This document shows, piece after piece, positions 12,127-24,349 of a stretch of 64,000 bases of DNA (position 1 is its first letter; each line of letters starts with the position of its first letter). The notes beneath the pieces are model-generated. The model was not told the DNA's origin, ran no database searches, and saw nothing but the letters and a program-made list of their open reading frames with translations. The position numbers and the translations under genes were made by a program. Origin of the DNA: Callorhinchus milii (Eukaryota); assembly GCF_018977255.1 (NCBI RefSeq), contig NW_024704742.1:135472001-135536000 (forward strand), written 5' to 3'.

Positions 12127-12430
12127 TACAGGGTGTCCACAAAGCCCATTACTTTTCTACAGTGCACTGCGCAACGACTGAACCCAGTGGAAGAATGATG
12201 ATAATTGTATTTAGACTTCATTGTATTCTGTACAAATGTTTAACTATTTTTTATATTTAGACCTCGTGTGTGTGTGTGTTTGTGTATGTGTGTGAGTGTC
12301 ATCATTTTCAGGGCAGATAATGATCTGGTATGACATCTTCCGTAACATGGATAGAGTGAGGAGGAGAAATGCATCTCTGACGGTTCGTTTCAGCTCCTCC
12401 ATAGACTCGTTTCGCTGTTTTGTAACTGGG
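12127..12430 (-). mobile_element. Tc1/mariner-superfamily DNA transposon remnant (terminus plus transposase C-terminus)
   Basis: TA followed by CAGGGTGTCC terminus at 12127-12138. Minus strand reads MEELKRTVRDAFLLLTLSMLRKMS...IICPENDDTHT, resembling mariner-type transposase C-termini. Second partial copy at ~25108-25205. Confidence 0.65.
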
Positions 12431-12539
12431 AATAACAGGACTTTGTGGGTACCATGTACTTGAAAACAGAAGGGAGTTTCTCCTGACAATTTCCCAGATA
12501 AAATTGGTCATTCACTTCATGGCAGTTTGTGGAACATTC

Positions 12540-12830
12540 CTAGGAACATAGGAATTAGGAGCAGGAGTAGGCCATTCGGCCCCTCGAGCCTGCCCCGCCA
12601 CTCAATAAGATCATGGCTGATCTTCTAACTTAACTCCATCTGCCCGCCTTATCCACATATCCCTTAATCCCACATCTTTTAGAAATCTATCAATCTCAGT
12701 CTTGAATATGTTCAAGGACTGAGCATCTACAGCCTTCTGGGGTAGAGCCTTCCATAAATTCATTACCCTCTGAGTGAAGAAGTGTTTCCTCAACTCTGCT
12801 TGAAAGGGCTGTCCCTTAATCTTAAACTGT
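12540..12830 (-). mobile_element. CR1-clade LINE 3' end
   Basis: Minus-strand RKHFFTQRVMNLWKALPQKAVDAQSLNIFKTEIDRFL; 3' UTR aggggccgaatggcctactcctgctcc with (cctatgtt)-type tail. Confidence 0.9.
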
Positions 12831-13544
12831 TTGCCATCCGGTGTAAAGGGCGCTATATAAAGTTGTTGCTGTGTGGAAATTGGCTACCAATTTGGTCCCA
12901 TTTGGCCACCAAAACTACTCATTCACTCCAGTGAATTGCTTTGAGATATTCTCATGACGTCAAAGTGGATGTATTGCAACAGAAAATTGCATTTACACAG
13001 CGCCTTTCACATCGGGAAGACGTCCCAAGGCTCTGGACAGTCAAGGATTTGGATCCAAGTTGAGGGTTGGGATCAGGAGGGGTTGGAGGGCAGGGAGGGT
13101 AGGGATGGGAAGGTGACCAAAGGCGCGGTCGAAGAGGAGGATCTTGAGACGAGCCTTGAAGGCGGCTTCAGAGATGATTTGGAGGCAAGTTGCTAGCTAT
13201 AATAATAAGAGTAGCCCAGTAATAATAAAACTTAAAAACGCTTGCATTTGGTATATGGCTTTTCGTGTCAGGAGGATGTCTCAACCACATCAACAACAAC
13301 AACAACAAGATTCCATTTATAAAGCGCCTTTCACGTCAGGAGGACGTCATAAGATGCACAGCAAACTTTACACTCACTCCTGTGAAACGCTTTGAGACAT
13401 CCTCCCAACGTGAAAGACATTATATGACTTTTTTAATAAAAATTTCACTTTTGTTATGGGGTTGTGGGAGGAGGGACTTGATGGTTAAATTTCAGCAACA
13501 GAATTATTCTGAGTTACTGCTTCTTATTACATGAAGCTGCTTAA

Positions 13545-13826
13545 CGAAACTTTGGGCAAGTCTCCTTCCTCTACTGTTTACTTAGCAGTGAATAGGAACC
13601 CGGTCGTTAGTCGATTGGCGAATCATTTTTCCGGGGTAATAATTCCTTCAAAATAACTCAATGCACGACTGTTTGTGGGACGCTGCTGTGCGCAATTGGC
13701 TGCCGCGTTTTGCCCACAAAACTTCCAGTCAATTAATTCACTTCACAGTATATTCTGTGAAGCGATTTGAGACGTCTCAACGACGTGATAAGGCGCTATG
13801 TCAAACGCAAGGATTATTATTATTAT
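13545..13826 (+). mobile_element. SINE family A, lacking the head
   Basis: Body and tail match family A. Confidence 0.85.
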
Positions 13827-13997
13827 TTTAGGCCAAATGAGGCCGCAAAGGATTGGTTAATCTCCTGTTCCTTCTGCGGACATTCTATAATTTAGAATCT
13901 TTTCGTTCTAAAAACGCTGAAATATTTGAGTTCCCAAAACGAATAGGTTTGTACGTTTTTATTGAATTTTAGACAGGTGGGGAGTCAGGATCGAGGG

Positions 13998-14028
<31 letters not shown>

Positions 14029-15696
14029 CAAAAGAGAGAGAAAATAAAATAGTTTAAACACAGAAATGCTGAAAGAACAAAAATATTTAAATTCGTAAAG
14101 CAAGCCACGGGTTTGGGAAGGGGAGAGGCGGGTGGGTTGGAGGAGGTGGGGGTCATCTGTGGAGGAGAGGGTCCGGTGTAAAACCCTGTGCACGTGAATT
14201 ATTTATGTCCACTAGAGCATTGAAATTGAAAGGATTAGTTGAGGTACAGATGAGCCATGATCTAATTAAATGGCAGAACAGGCTCGAAGGGCTGAATGGC
14301 CATCTCCTGTTCCTATATTCCTATGTTCCTATCTGGAGCAGTGACCAGATAATTCACAGAAGTGAAGAGTGCGCTCTTCTGGGGGCCTTCGCATTTGTGG
14401 TTTGAAGCATAAAAGACTTTACCCGATCAACAGGCAAAGCTTTGTCAGCGATTGGGGCAGGAGGAGGGACAGAGCAATAGAATGGACATTTTCTATGTCT
14501 GTGTTCGTATATCTGTGTGTGTGAGCGATTGTATATTCACTTGTATATTATTTGTATACACTTTACAGTATATCCTGTGAAGAGCTTTTGAGATGTCTGA
14601 CCGACGTGATAAGGCGCCATGTGAAATGCAAGGATTATTATTATTGTGTGAATGTGAGTGACGGTGTGTCTGTGTGTTCGTGTGTGGAAGGGGGGGGAGA
14701 ATTTCCAGTGTGACTTTGAGGAGGTGGCAGAGTCTCGCAGAGAAAGAGAGGGAGTTGAGGAAAAGAAGGGAGAGAGAGAAAATTGTCCAATGCACTAAAA
14801 CTCCCACCTTTTATAAGAATAATGATAATAATCCTGGCATTTCATACAGTGCTTTATCACGTCGTCGTGATGTCTCAAAAAGAGCTTCGCAGGATTTTGT
14901 TGTGAACGCTGCAGCAATTTGCTCAAAGTGACATGCGTCCTGTTCCCCCGCACACGCACGCACACACAAGCATACACACACGCGCACACGTACACACTGG
15001 ACGTGAAGCAATAGACTGGATTCTCTCTGCATTGAGCCCGACTCAGGAGACTTTCCACCACCTGTGTCTGGATTTGCTCTTGCTGTGGTTTCTCAGCATT
15101 TTATCTGTTTGCAGAGCAGTAAGTAGGAAACCGGTTGTTAGTCGATTGGCGGATCGCTTTTCTGGGATAGTAACCCCTCAAAAAAAATAATTTGGTCGCT
15201 CAATCCACGACTATTTGGGACTGACTGTTGTGTGCGCAATTGGCTGCCGCGGTTCATCCACAAAATACACATCAATCCACTTTACAATGTATTCCGCGAA
15301 GCGCTTTGAGCCGTCTCGATCACGTTATAAGGCGCTATCTCACAATGCGAGGATTATTATTGTTTCCGTCCCGTCTTTCCCCATCTCCCCTACTTGATTG
15401 TCGTCGAAAGATTAAAATAACAGGCGCTTTTATTTTTTTTGGTTTTTGCTTTTCGTTTGCTGCCGGTTTGAAGGCACCATATGGTCCGTGTGGCAGCAAT
15501 TTTGACGGCAGCAGCCGTGGTCCTTAAATAGAACCCCCGCCTCTCTCTCTCTCCCAACCCCCCCCCCCCCACTTCTCCCCGCACTACCACCACACAACCA
15601 CCTCACACTCACGATCTCGCGAAGAAATGATTTCATTGTTACTTCGGGTCCATTTATTTTTAAATCGATTCCCTCCCTCGCGCTCCCCCACGTATG

Positions 15697-16145
15697 TGTG
15701 TCATCTTGGCTCAGTGGTGGCACGCTCTACTCTGAGTCAGACATTTGTGGGTTTAAGCCCCACAGCGATACTTGGAATCGCACAGTCTAAGCTGACGCTC
15801 CAATGCAGTGCTGGGGAGGGGGTTGCAATGCTGTTGCATTGTTGGAGGAGATGTTAAACCCAGGCCCCGTCTGCCTGTTCAGGTGGACCTTAAGGATCCC
15901 CTATTCGAAACAAGAAGGGAGTTTCTCTCTCTCCAGGTGTCCTGGCCCAGCAATCCTCCAATAAAATTGGTCACTCACTCCATGGCAGGATGTGGGACAC
16001 TGCTGTGTGCAATTGGACTGCTGTGTGTTGCCCACAAAATACATGATCACTAAATTTCACCCGTGAAGCGCTTTGAGACGTTCTTCCGACGCTAAACCAA
16101 AACAAATCTAGATATGCCGCTATATCGAATGCAAGGATAATTATG
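15697..16145 (+). mobile_element. SINE family B (DeuSINE-like), near full length
   Basis: Head, cccgtctgcctgttcaggtggac.ttaaggatccc, gtgtcctggcc, tail aatgcaaggataatt. Confidence 0.85.
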
Positions 16146-17399
16146 TTAGATTGCTTTGCCACTGCTGATCCGATGGGCATTGTTGTTAGCGTTGGGTCAG
16201 TCCAGTGTTTCTGCGTGTATGCGCGCGCGTGTTTGCATGTTTTATATTGAGTGCACGTGTATTTATGTGGCGTGTGTGTATGTTCACATGATGTGGGTGC
16301 TTCGTGTGGGCATGTTGTACGTTGGATGTGTGTGTATTTGTACTGTGTATATTTTATTGGGTGTGTATATTTTCTGTGGTGTGTGTGTGTGAAAATTAGT
16401 GCACCAGGCGTGTTCTGCAGCTATGAAACTGTGGAATGTGTGCGTTCACGTGTGGGTACACGCATTTAAGCGCACGTGCGTTTGCAAGCGTATATGTGCC
16501 TGTATGTGCGTGCGCAGAAAGAAATGCTACTGTATTTGTGATAATGTAATCTGTACCACGTTCAAATGTACCCTGATCCATACCCCACTTCTCCTCCCCC
16601 AATGTGGGTGAGGTGAGGGAGGTGAGTTGGGGGCAGAGAGGGGGAGAGGAGAGGAGAGGCTGGCTCCTATGGGCGTTTGAAGGTTATTCAATGCTAGTTT
16701 GCATCCCCTCACAAGTTATAGGGACATGCAATTATGAAGACGTCAGATAGAGACCAGGCAGGCGAAAAGGGAGAAGCACTCCAGATGAGGTCCTTTGGGA
16801 TCGAGGGAGGGCCATTCATGTACAGCCATGTGTATGTGCCTGACAGACTGTGAAATGGTGCGTTGTTGGACGGCTGTAGTGCACCTGGGCCCTTCAGTTG
16901 TGATTGATTGGTTTGGTCATGTGTAATGGTCCCATCTGCTCCATGTTGTTTTCTTTTACTTATAAACAGCATTCCCAGCGGCTGGAAATATATGAGCCAC
17001 GTTTTTGTCATCTCCACTTAGAGTCAAAAAAAAACTAGCTGCACCGGGATGAGACATGGAGAAGTGATAGAGTTTTTTTATATATATATATATATACATA
17101 TATAAAGAGAGGGAGAGAGCGCGGGTGGGTGGGGTGTAGAGAGAGAGAGCGTTAAATATTTTAAATTGCTTCTCTTTTTCCATCCTTTTGGGGGGGGGGC
17201 GAAACTCTTTCCCTCTTTTTCCCTCTCCTCTCGCTCTGTCTCATTCAATCGATCGATTGAACGCCTCTAAATATAAAACAAAAAGGGATTTTTTTGGGGT
17301 GGGGGGGTGGGTTTGGTCAAGGATGAGCTGGGAATGGTTTTATTAATGTGCGTGAGTGGGGGATTGTGTGAGTTTGTGTGTGAGTGCGTGTGTGTGTGC

Positions 17400-18260
17400 T
17401 TTGAATAAAGCATTTGAGTGAAGGGTTTTAGTGGAATCTGCATAATGACTCTTATGCTACTGAGGAGTTTTTGTAACGGAGCCAATACTTAATTAAAGTG
17501 CTGACATCATGGTGTTATAATTAAGTGTGGCATTAATTAAGCTAGAAAAACGAACTGTGTTTTTTTTATTTTTAGTGGAGGGGGGGAGCGAGAGAGAGGG
17601 GGAGAGATAGAGAGAGGGAGAGCGTGAGCGGAGTGAGGGCGGGTGGGCGATGCAGAGCGGCCAGAGGGTAAAACGGAGTAAGAGTTTGTGAGTTGACGGA
17701 GTGGGTTCAGAAACTTTTCTTGAGACTGAATGGTGAATCTTTTATTTAAAAAAAAACCTCTTAACAAGCCAACTCTGCTTTCTCATCAGTTGCCTGTCGC
17801 ACACACAAACACACACACTACACACACACATGTACACGCACACCTCAGCAAAAACACATGTTAGGGACAGACTAACTTGAAATCTTTTTCTCTCTCTCTC
17901 TGTCTCTCTCTTTTCTCCCCCGCCTCTACCCCATAGACCCACCCTAACATCCAATTGTTGAGTTGCAGTTTTTCTTTTGCTACCCGGAATTGTTCCTGGG
18001 GAAAGAACGAGAGCGGGAGGGAGGGAGGGAGGGAGAGAGAGAGAGAGAAAAACTGATCGGATTTATGCATTCTCGAAGCTAATTATGCATTGGGGAGGTT
18101 CGACAGCTGCATTTATCATCATAAAATGTAATAATTAATGACATTCCAACAAAGAAAAATATGTAAATGAGAGTTCATTAAGCATTTTCATATTCAGCCT
18201 CGATAATGCTTTCGCTGACAAGGTTGTAATTAATGAAAATTCATGTCGCAGTCAGGAGAT
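17400..18260. promoter_or_regulatory. Candidate intronic enhancer or internal promoter (TAAT-rich, repeat-free blocks)
   Basis: CCAAT (17482), several TAATTA/TTAATTAA sites, E-box CAGCTG (18104), ATGTAAAT (18161); no SINE or LINE insertions. Confidence 0.45.
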
Positions 18261-18319
18261 TGGAGAGGCACATCCCACTTACAGTTCACTATCACTGGAG
18301 TTGGGGGAGAGAGAAACTC

Positions 18320-18810
18320 TTTCTGTACCCACCCACCAATGCCCCCTGATCGCCACTCCTACCCAAATACCCCAACCAACGCCCGCTCACCACCACTCCT
18401 ACTCCAAACTCCCCACCAGCAACACCGCCACCAACACCACTCACCACCACGCCACCAACCCGACCCAAATATCTTCACCGCCCACCAACAACACCCCAAT
18501 ACCCCCACCCCATAACCCCTACTCAATATACCCACCGGCTGGCCACCCCAATCCCACTATTGTCCCCCACCACCAACTCCCCACTGCCCACTCCTCAACC
18601 CATACACCCTCACCAATCCCCCACTGACCCACCACCTGCCCCCATGACCACCACCGCCATCCCTATCTCAATACCAATGCTCATCCAATTAACAACACCC
18701 CCCACCAACCACCTCTTCCTCATTATCTCCACCAACACCTCACCGTCCACCGCACTGCTCCTACCACCTCCCCTCCACCCACTACCTCACCCCAATTGCT
18801 CCCCGTCACT
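18320..18810. repeat. C/A-rich low-complexity (CCA-like) tract
   Basis: Degenerate ccacca/ccaa repeats. Confidence 0.75.
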
Positions 18811-19021
18811 GGGTTCCTGACTTGTGCCTGATCAGCTGGGTATTAAAGTTCCCACTGCACAATTGGAAAAGAAATTAGGATTTTTGCCGTGTCCAGATCA
18901 TAGCTATTTGCGGGATGTTGCTGCCTGTAAAACTGTCTGCCAAGTTCTCGTACAAAATAGTCACTACATTTAACTGTAAATCGTGTGAAGTGCTTTGAGA
19001 TGTCCTCCCGGCATGAAATTA

Positions 19022-19587
19022 GGTCATTCAGAACCCTGCAGCTCGTGTACTGTCCCGCACCAGGCTTCGTGACCACATCACTCCCACCCTCGCCCTCGCC
19101 CGCCTCCACTGGCTCCCCATCCCCCAGAGGATCGAATTCAAGATCCTCATCCTCACCTACAAGGCCATTCACGGCCTCGCTCCCTCCCCACCTCTCCGAC
19201 CTACTATCCCCCTACTTACCTGCCCGTATCAACAAAAGGCACGGTTTCAAATTCACGGATCCGTTCCTCTGGCTCTGGTCTGCTCCACATCCCCCGCCCC
19301 AACCGCCCTACCATCGGTGACCGGGCCTTCAGCCTCTCAGCCCCTAGTCTCTGGAACTCTATCCCCAGTGCCTTCGCCGCCTCCTCCCTTTCCTCCTTCA
19401 AGGCCGGTCTCAAGACCTTTCTCTTTGACCATGCCTTCAGCTCCCCTCTCGACTCTCTACCCCCTCCTCGCTCCCTCCCTCCCCTCACCATTTCCCCCCT
19501 GTTCGGGTCCTGACCCAACTGTACAGCGCCTTCGGACGTCCTCCCGACGTGAAAGGCGCTCTATAAATGAAATCTTGTTGTTGTTGA
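19022..19587 (+). mobile_element. L2 LINE 3' fragment
   Basis: Closely similar to 4215-4757 (RLHWLPIPQRIEFKILILTYKAIHGLAP); (ttg)n tail. Confidence 0.92.
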
Positions 19588-21016
19588 AATGCTCTGTATC
19601 ATATGTGAGGATTATTATTATTAATATGATAACGCAGCTTAAATATCTGGGTTCACAGTGAACAGCTTAGATGTAACAACTTTTTTAATCTTTGCTTTAT
19701 TTGTACTTATAAATAATGATAACAATCCTGACATTTGATGTAGCGCCTTATCACGCTTCACAGAATACAGTATATAGTAAAGTGGTTTGACTGTGTATTT
19801 GTGGGCGAAATATGGCAGCCAACTGCGCACCCCAGTGTCCTGCAAACCGTTGTGGATTGAGTGGCCAATTTTTTAAAAAGAAATTATGTGTTAATACGAT
19901 ACAATATAATGTATATTCCTACACAATGTTTGATGGTAATAGCTGACCAATTAGTATCACAGGATGGGGGAGAGGATTATTACCCCTGGAAAGCCAGCCT
20001 CGAGTCGACTAACAACTGGGTTCCTACTTATATCAAATGCAAAGATTATTATTATTATTACTGCTAGGTAAACAGAGGCGTGAGGAGTAAGGAAAGTTGC
20101 CTAAAGTGAGCCCGGGTCCTCTCACTTGCGCTAACCACTACACAAAGTGAATCAACTGAGCCGTCATATTTCACTGCGGCCCATCTTTTGGGATCCACGT
20201 CAAAATGTGATTGTAGCGAGCCAATTGAGCTGTAGACAAACCTCGACAGCGAGGTGTACTGCACCTGTTGGAGTTTGTGAGCTGGCAATGTTGTCAGGCC
20301 TTGCTCAGCAGCCGGCTCCTCTCTGGCCTGTACAGAGGAATCTCTGGTTACGATAATAATAATCCGTGAATTTGAAACCGTGCCTTTCGTTGATTGTATT
20401 GAGATCTCTCGCAGGATTTTACTGTAACAAGCGCATTGACTGGATACTTTTGTAGGTGATCACGGCAGCCCAATGGCGTACAGTAATGTCCCCACAAACA
20501 GGGTGTGTCAGCCTGGCTCAGTGGTAGCGCTCTCGCCTCTGAGTCAGAAGGTTGTGGGTTCAAGCCCCCACAACCTTTGGGACTTGGAAGCCTATAGATA
20601 AAGCTGGTCACTTATTCCATGTTTACTCGAGTCTGAAATGCTGATTGTCCAGCGCCTTGGGATGTCCTCCCAACGTGAAAGGCACTATACAAATGTTATT
20701 TTGTTGTTGTTGAGTGACCAAGTTTTATCAGAGGGATTATCGGCCAGGACCTTGGGAGAAGCCATGAGGACTTTTAACATCCACCTGCAGACGGGACCTC
20801 GGTTAAATGACCTCAACCAAAGGACGACACCCTCTTTAATACAACATCCTCCCCCCACACTCCCCAGCACTGCATTGGAGCTTCAGCCATGACTGTGAGT
20901 TCGAAGACCTTTTGTGGGATTGGAATCCACAACCTTCTGACTCAGAGGTGAGATTGCCAGCAGCTGAGCCAGGCTGACACTGGGTGGAATGCTGTTTGTC
21001 GGAGAACGCACTGATA

Positions 21017-21363
21017 TACAGCAGAACCTCACTAATCCGGTCACTCAAGTGACTAGCCAAAAGGTGACCTGGATAATGAGTCAGGTCGGTTGATTCAGGT
21101 CATTACGGTAATGTTGAGGGCATTGGTAATGGGCGAGAGTGATGAACATACCGCGACTTTGCATACTTTGCAATCTTATTAAAATAAAGCATCGTCACAT
21201 TTAAAACAAACGTTGTCATGTATTCAGCCTTCCTTTGGAGAATGCATCCAACTTGTGTTCTGCCAATGCCATAGATCACAGCTAACTGTCGATGACTTTT
21301 GCTCTTACTGGTTTTGATCAAGTCCACTCTCTCACGCAAGGACAACTCCTTCCTTGGTGGCAT
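21017..21363 (-). mobile_element. Tigger/pogo DNA transposon deletion derivative with CENP-B/psq-type HTH remnant
   Basis: MPPRKELSLRERVDLIKTSKSKSHRQLAVIYGIGRTQVGCILQRKAEY (ATG at 21363) resembles a pogo N-terminal HTH; TA followed by CAGCAGAACCTC terminus at 21017-21030. Confidence 0.75.
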
Positions 21364-21764
21364 GTTTACAACACTTACCAAGAATTGGCCCCAGGAGCTC
21401 AGGTTGGGCCGCAAGCGCCGGGCGAAGTCGATTTCCCGCTCTGCGCATGTGTAGTAGCAGCGTCGAAGAAACAGTGCCGAGCACTGTGTACAGGTTAGTA
21501 GCGGAGATGGGAGGGGGCGTTTGTACCGTGGTTGAAGCAGAGGAGGGCAGTGTAGTGACCACAATGAATGACCGTGGGCCTGAGCAGTGAGGTGCCCAGT
21601 TTACTGAAGCAGACGGTCTGTCTTCTAACATAGACGATAAAAGAGGCAGTGAAAATGTGTCCGCAATTGTGAGGTGGCTGGAGTGCACAGTCGACCACAA
21701 ACCGGGTTGCTCCTGTGAATGCAAGTTGATGTTGGAATATACAGGACCAAAAAAAGGTCATCGA

Positions 21765-22275
21765 CTCCCAGGCTCGGTCGGTAGCACTCTCACCTCCACG
21801 TCAAAAGCTTGTGGATTCAAGCCCCCACTTTGGGACTTTGAACTCTTCAATAGTCCAGCCTGACACCCCAGTGCAGTGCATGGGGGGGAGCGTTGTGTTG
21901 TCTGAGATGCCGTGCGTTGGATGAGACATTAAACCCAAAGTCTCGGCTGCTTGTTCAAGGTGGACACTAACGATTTGAGACATCTCATCAACGTGATAAG
22001 ATGCTGAATCAGCAAGGATTATTATTATCACTAATATTATCCCGTGACGCCAGTTAAAAAGAGAAACAAGGTTCTCTCCCGTCCCTTGCCCCCCCGTTCT
22101 CAAGGTCAACAATCCCCCCAGATAAAATTTGGCCACTCACATCGTGGGACATCGCTGTGCACAAACTAGCTGCAGCATTTGCCTATAAAATACACGGTTA
22201 CTACACTTTACTATAAACTTTGAAACATCGCGACGGCCTAATAGGTGCTGTATCAAATGTAAGTTATTTTTTATT
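21765..22275 (+). mobile_element. SINE family B (DeuSINE-like)
   Basis: Head, Deu-like core and tail, with an internal tail fragment. Confidence 0.75.
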
Positions 22276-22339
22276 ATGAGTTCTAGTTGTCAATGATTGT
22301 AAGGCAGTCACACTTCAATGGAAGTTTACAAGCCAAAGC

Positions 22340-22536
22340 TCTAACGGATAGGGTGGTCCTAGCTGAATAAGCAGCGGGAAAGGTTACCAGACAGTACCGT
22401 GAAGGTCAAGCTATGCGTTTCAGTCGGTTAGAGTCCAGCCATTACCCCCAACGCATAGTCTGAGGATCCCGAGCCTTGGCTATCTCCAACCTGTCCTTAA
22501 TACTCTCTAGAATTGGGTGAGCAGGGTGTTTCCCTC

Positions 22537-22567
<31 letters not shown>

Positions 22568-22680
22568 TGTGTAAGTGCGCATTTCATTCCAAACACAGGG
22601 AGATTTCCATGCGTACTCTCAGTCTGGTTTGGATACTGTTAAGCGCGGCGATGTGCGTGCGTCAAAACACCTGGCTGATA
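22340..22680 (+). repeat. Family X dispersed repeat
   Basis: gtggtcctagctg...agccttggct...ccaacctg...ggtttggatactgttaagc...acacctggctga. Confidence 0.8.
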
Positions 22681-23129
22681 GTAAAGAAAACATGGCAGGG
22701 GTTTGGGGTCTAATTATATAGCACCTAAACTCACCCATTGTATCTGTATTTGTGTTTACATCCCACCGTACACAGCTCTGGCTCTCGTACACAGCCCTTT
22801 AATCGATTGCTTCACCAAAACAGCTGTCCAGTTCCCCCCGGAGCTCGCTGGCACATTCTGCCTCCGCCGGCTCCCTGGATACTCAGGCTCGGCGCTCTCT
22901 GTGCGAAAAGTAATTAAATCTGAACTGTCTGTTCGCCTTCCCGCTTCTCAGTGGGAATCGCTGTCCCTTTGATGCGGGCTTTGTGACCATGTTGAACATG
23001 TTATGAGGGTTCAGTTCACCCGTATCCTTTAGGAGTGAGCGGTGCTTTGCTCAGGCTGAAGTTAGAGTGAGCAACCAGGGTGTCAGTTGAGGTGATGTAG
23101 CAAGTGATGGGAATGGGGCTTGAGTGCTT

Positions 23130-23380
23130 TCTTTATATAACAGCGTCCCTCACGCAGGGTAGCACGACACCAAGCCAAGCGGGGGAGGGAGGCGACCGTA
23201 GACGCGGTCGAAGAGGATGGCCTTCAGGCGTGACCTGAAGATGGGGAAGGAGGGGTGGGGTGCAAGGCGGAGGGACTGAGGGAGGGTGTTCCAGAGTTTC
23301 AGGGTGTAGCGGTCACCGATGGTGGAACGGAAGGCACAAGGGACAAGCAGGAGGCTGGAGCCAGTCAAGCGGAGGCAACG
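23130..23380 (-). mobile_element. L2 LINE 3' fragment
   Basis: Minus-strand LWNTLPQSLRLAP...FRSRLKAILF. Confidence 0.75.
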
Positions 23381-23569
23381 GATAGTGGATTGTGCATTTG
23401 TGGAGTCAGCCTGGTTCAGTCTGGCCGCTTGAAACTGAAAATCATGGGTTCGAGCTCCAAGTCAGGACTTTGAACTCATATAGTCTAGGTTAACACTCCA
23501 TTGCAGGGGGGGGGAAAGGGTGGTGGGGGGAAAGCGGTGGTGGGGGAGTAAAGGGCTGGTATGGGGAGG

Positions 23570-23800
23570 TTCACACAAAAGTGAGTGGAAATGTGGAACT
23601 CTCTTTCCCAAAAAGGCTGTGGATGTGGAACCATTCAAATTTTCAAGGCTGAGCTGGGTAAAGTTTTGTTAGGTCACGGTATCAAGGGATTATGGAGCAA
23701 AATTCAGGTAAGTGGAGTTGAGGTACAGATCAGCCATGGTCTAACAGAATTGCGAAACAAGCTTGAGGGACTGAATGGCCTACTCCTGTTCCTGTGTTAC
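23570..23800 (+). mobile_element. CR1 LINE 3' end inserted into a family B SINE
   Basis: TQKVVEMWNSL-like sequence and ctgaatggcctactcctgttcct 3' UTR; SINE halves at 23405-23510 and 23803-23980. Confidence 0.8.
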
Positions 23801-24349
23801 TATTTTGTCGGAGGTGCCGTCCTTCGGATGAGCTGTTAAACTGAGGACCCGTCTGCCTGTTCAAGTGGACATTAAAGATCCCACTATTCGAAAAGAGAAG
23901 GGAGTTTCTTTCTCCTGGTGACTTGGCCAGCACTTCCCCAAATAAGATTGGTCACTCACTTTGTGACATTGCTGTTGCAAATCATATGGATGGCTCCTCT
24001 CGAGCATCACATTACGGGAAGAAATGTTTTTTTTTTGGACGCAGTTCCACCCTTGTGAAGTTTTTACAACCTTTCAGCGGTTTGTTTTTAATTGAAATAT
24101 ATTGTGTGTATAAAAAATGGGTAAATCATTGATCTGGGTCTAACCTGCCAAAGCTGCCAGGAAGTTCTGAGGCCTTCCCCATCCACCACCGCCCATTCCC
24201 TCTTCTCTGCCCACCCAACCTCGCTTCATGTCCCCCGCTCCTTCATCACTGGCCGATCTTTTGAACCACTTTGCCCTCCCTCCCTGAACTCCTTACCTAC
24301 AGGGAGTTCACAAAGTCCCGTTACCACCTCCCACCCCCCATTTTTTTTT

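Noticed and set aside
17730..17738. ATG|gtgaat as an alternative first-exon end
   Set aside because: Weak donor, and phase 0 is incompatible with the phase-1 downstream exon.
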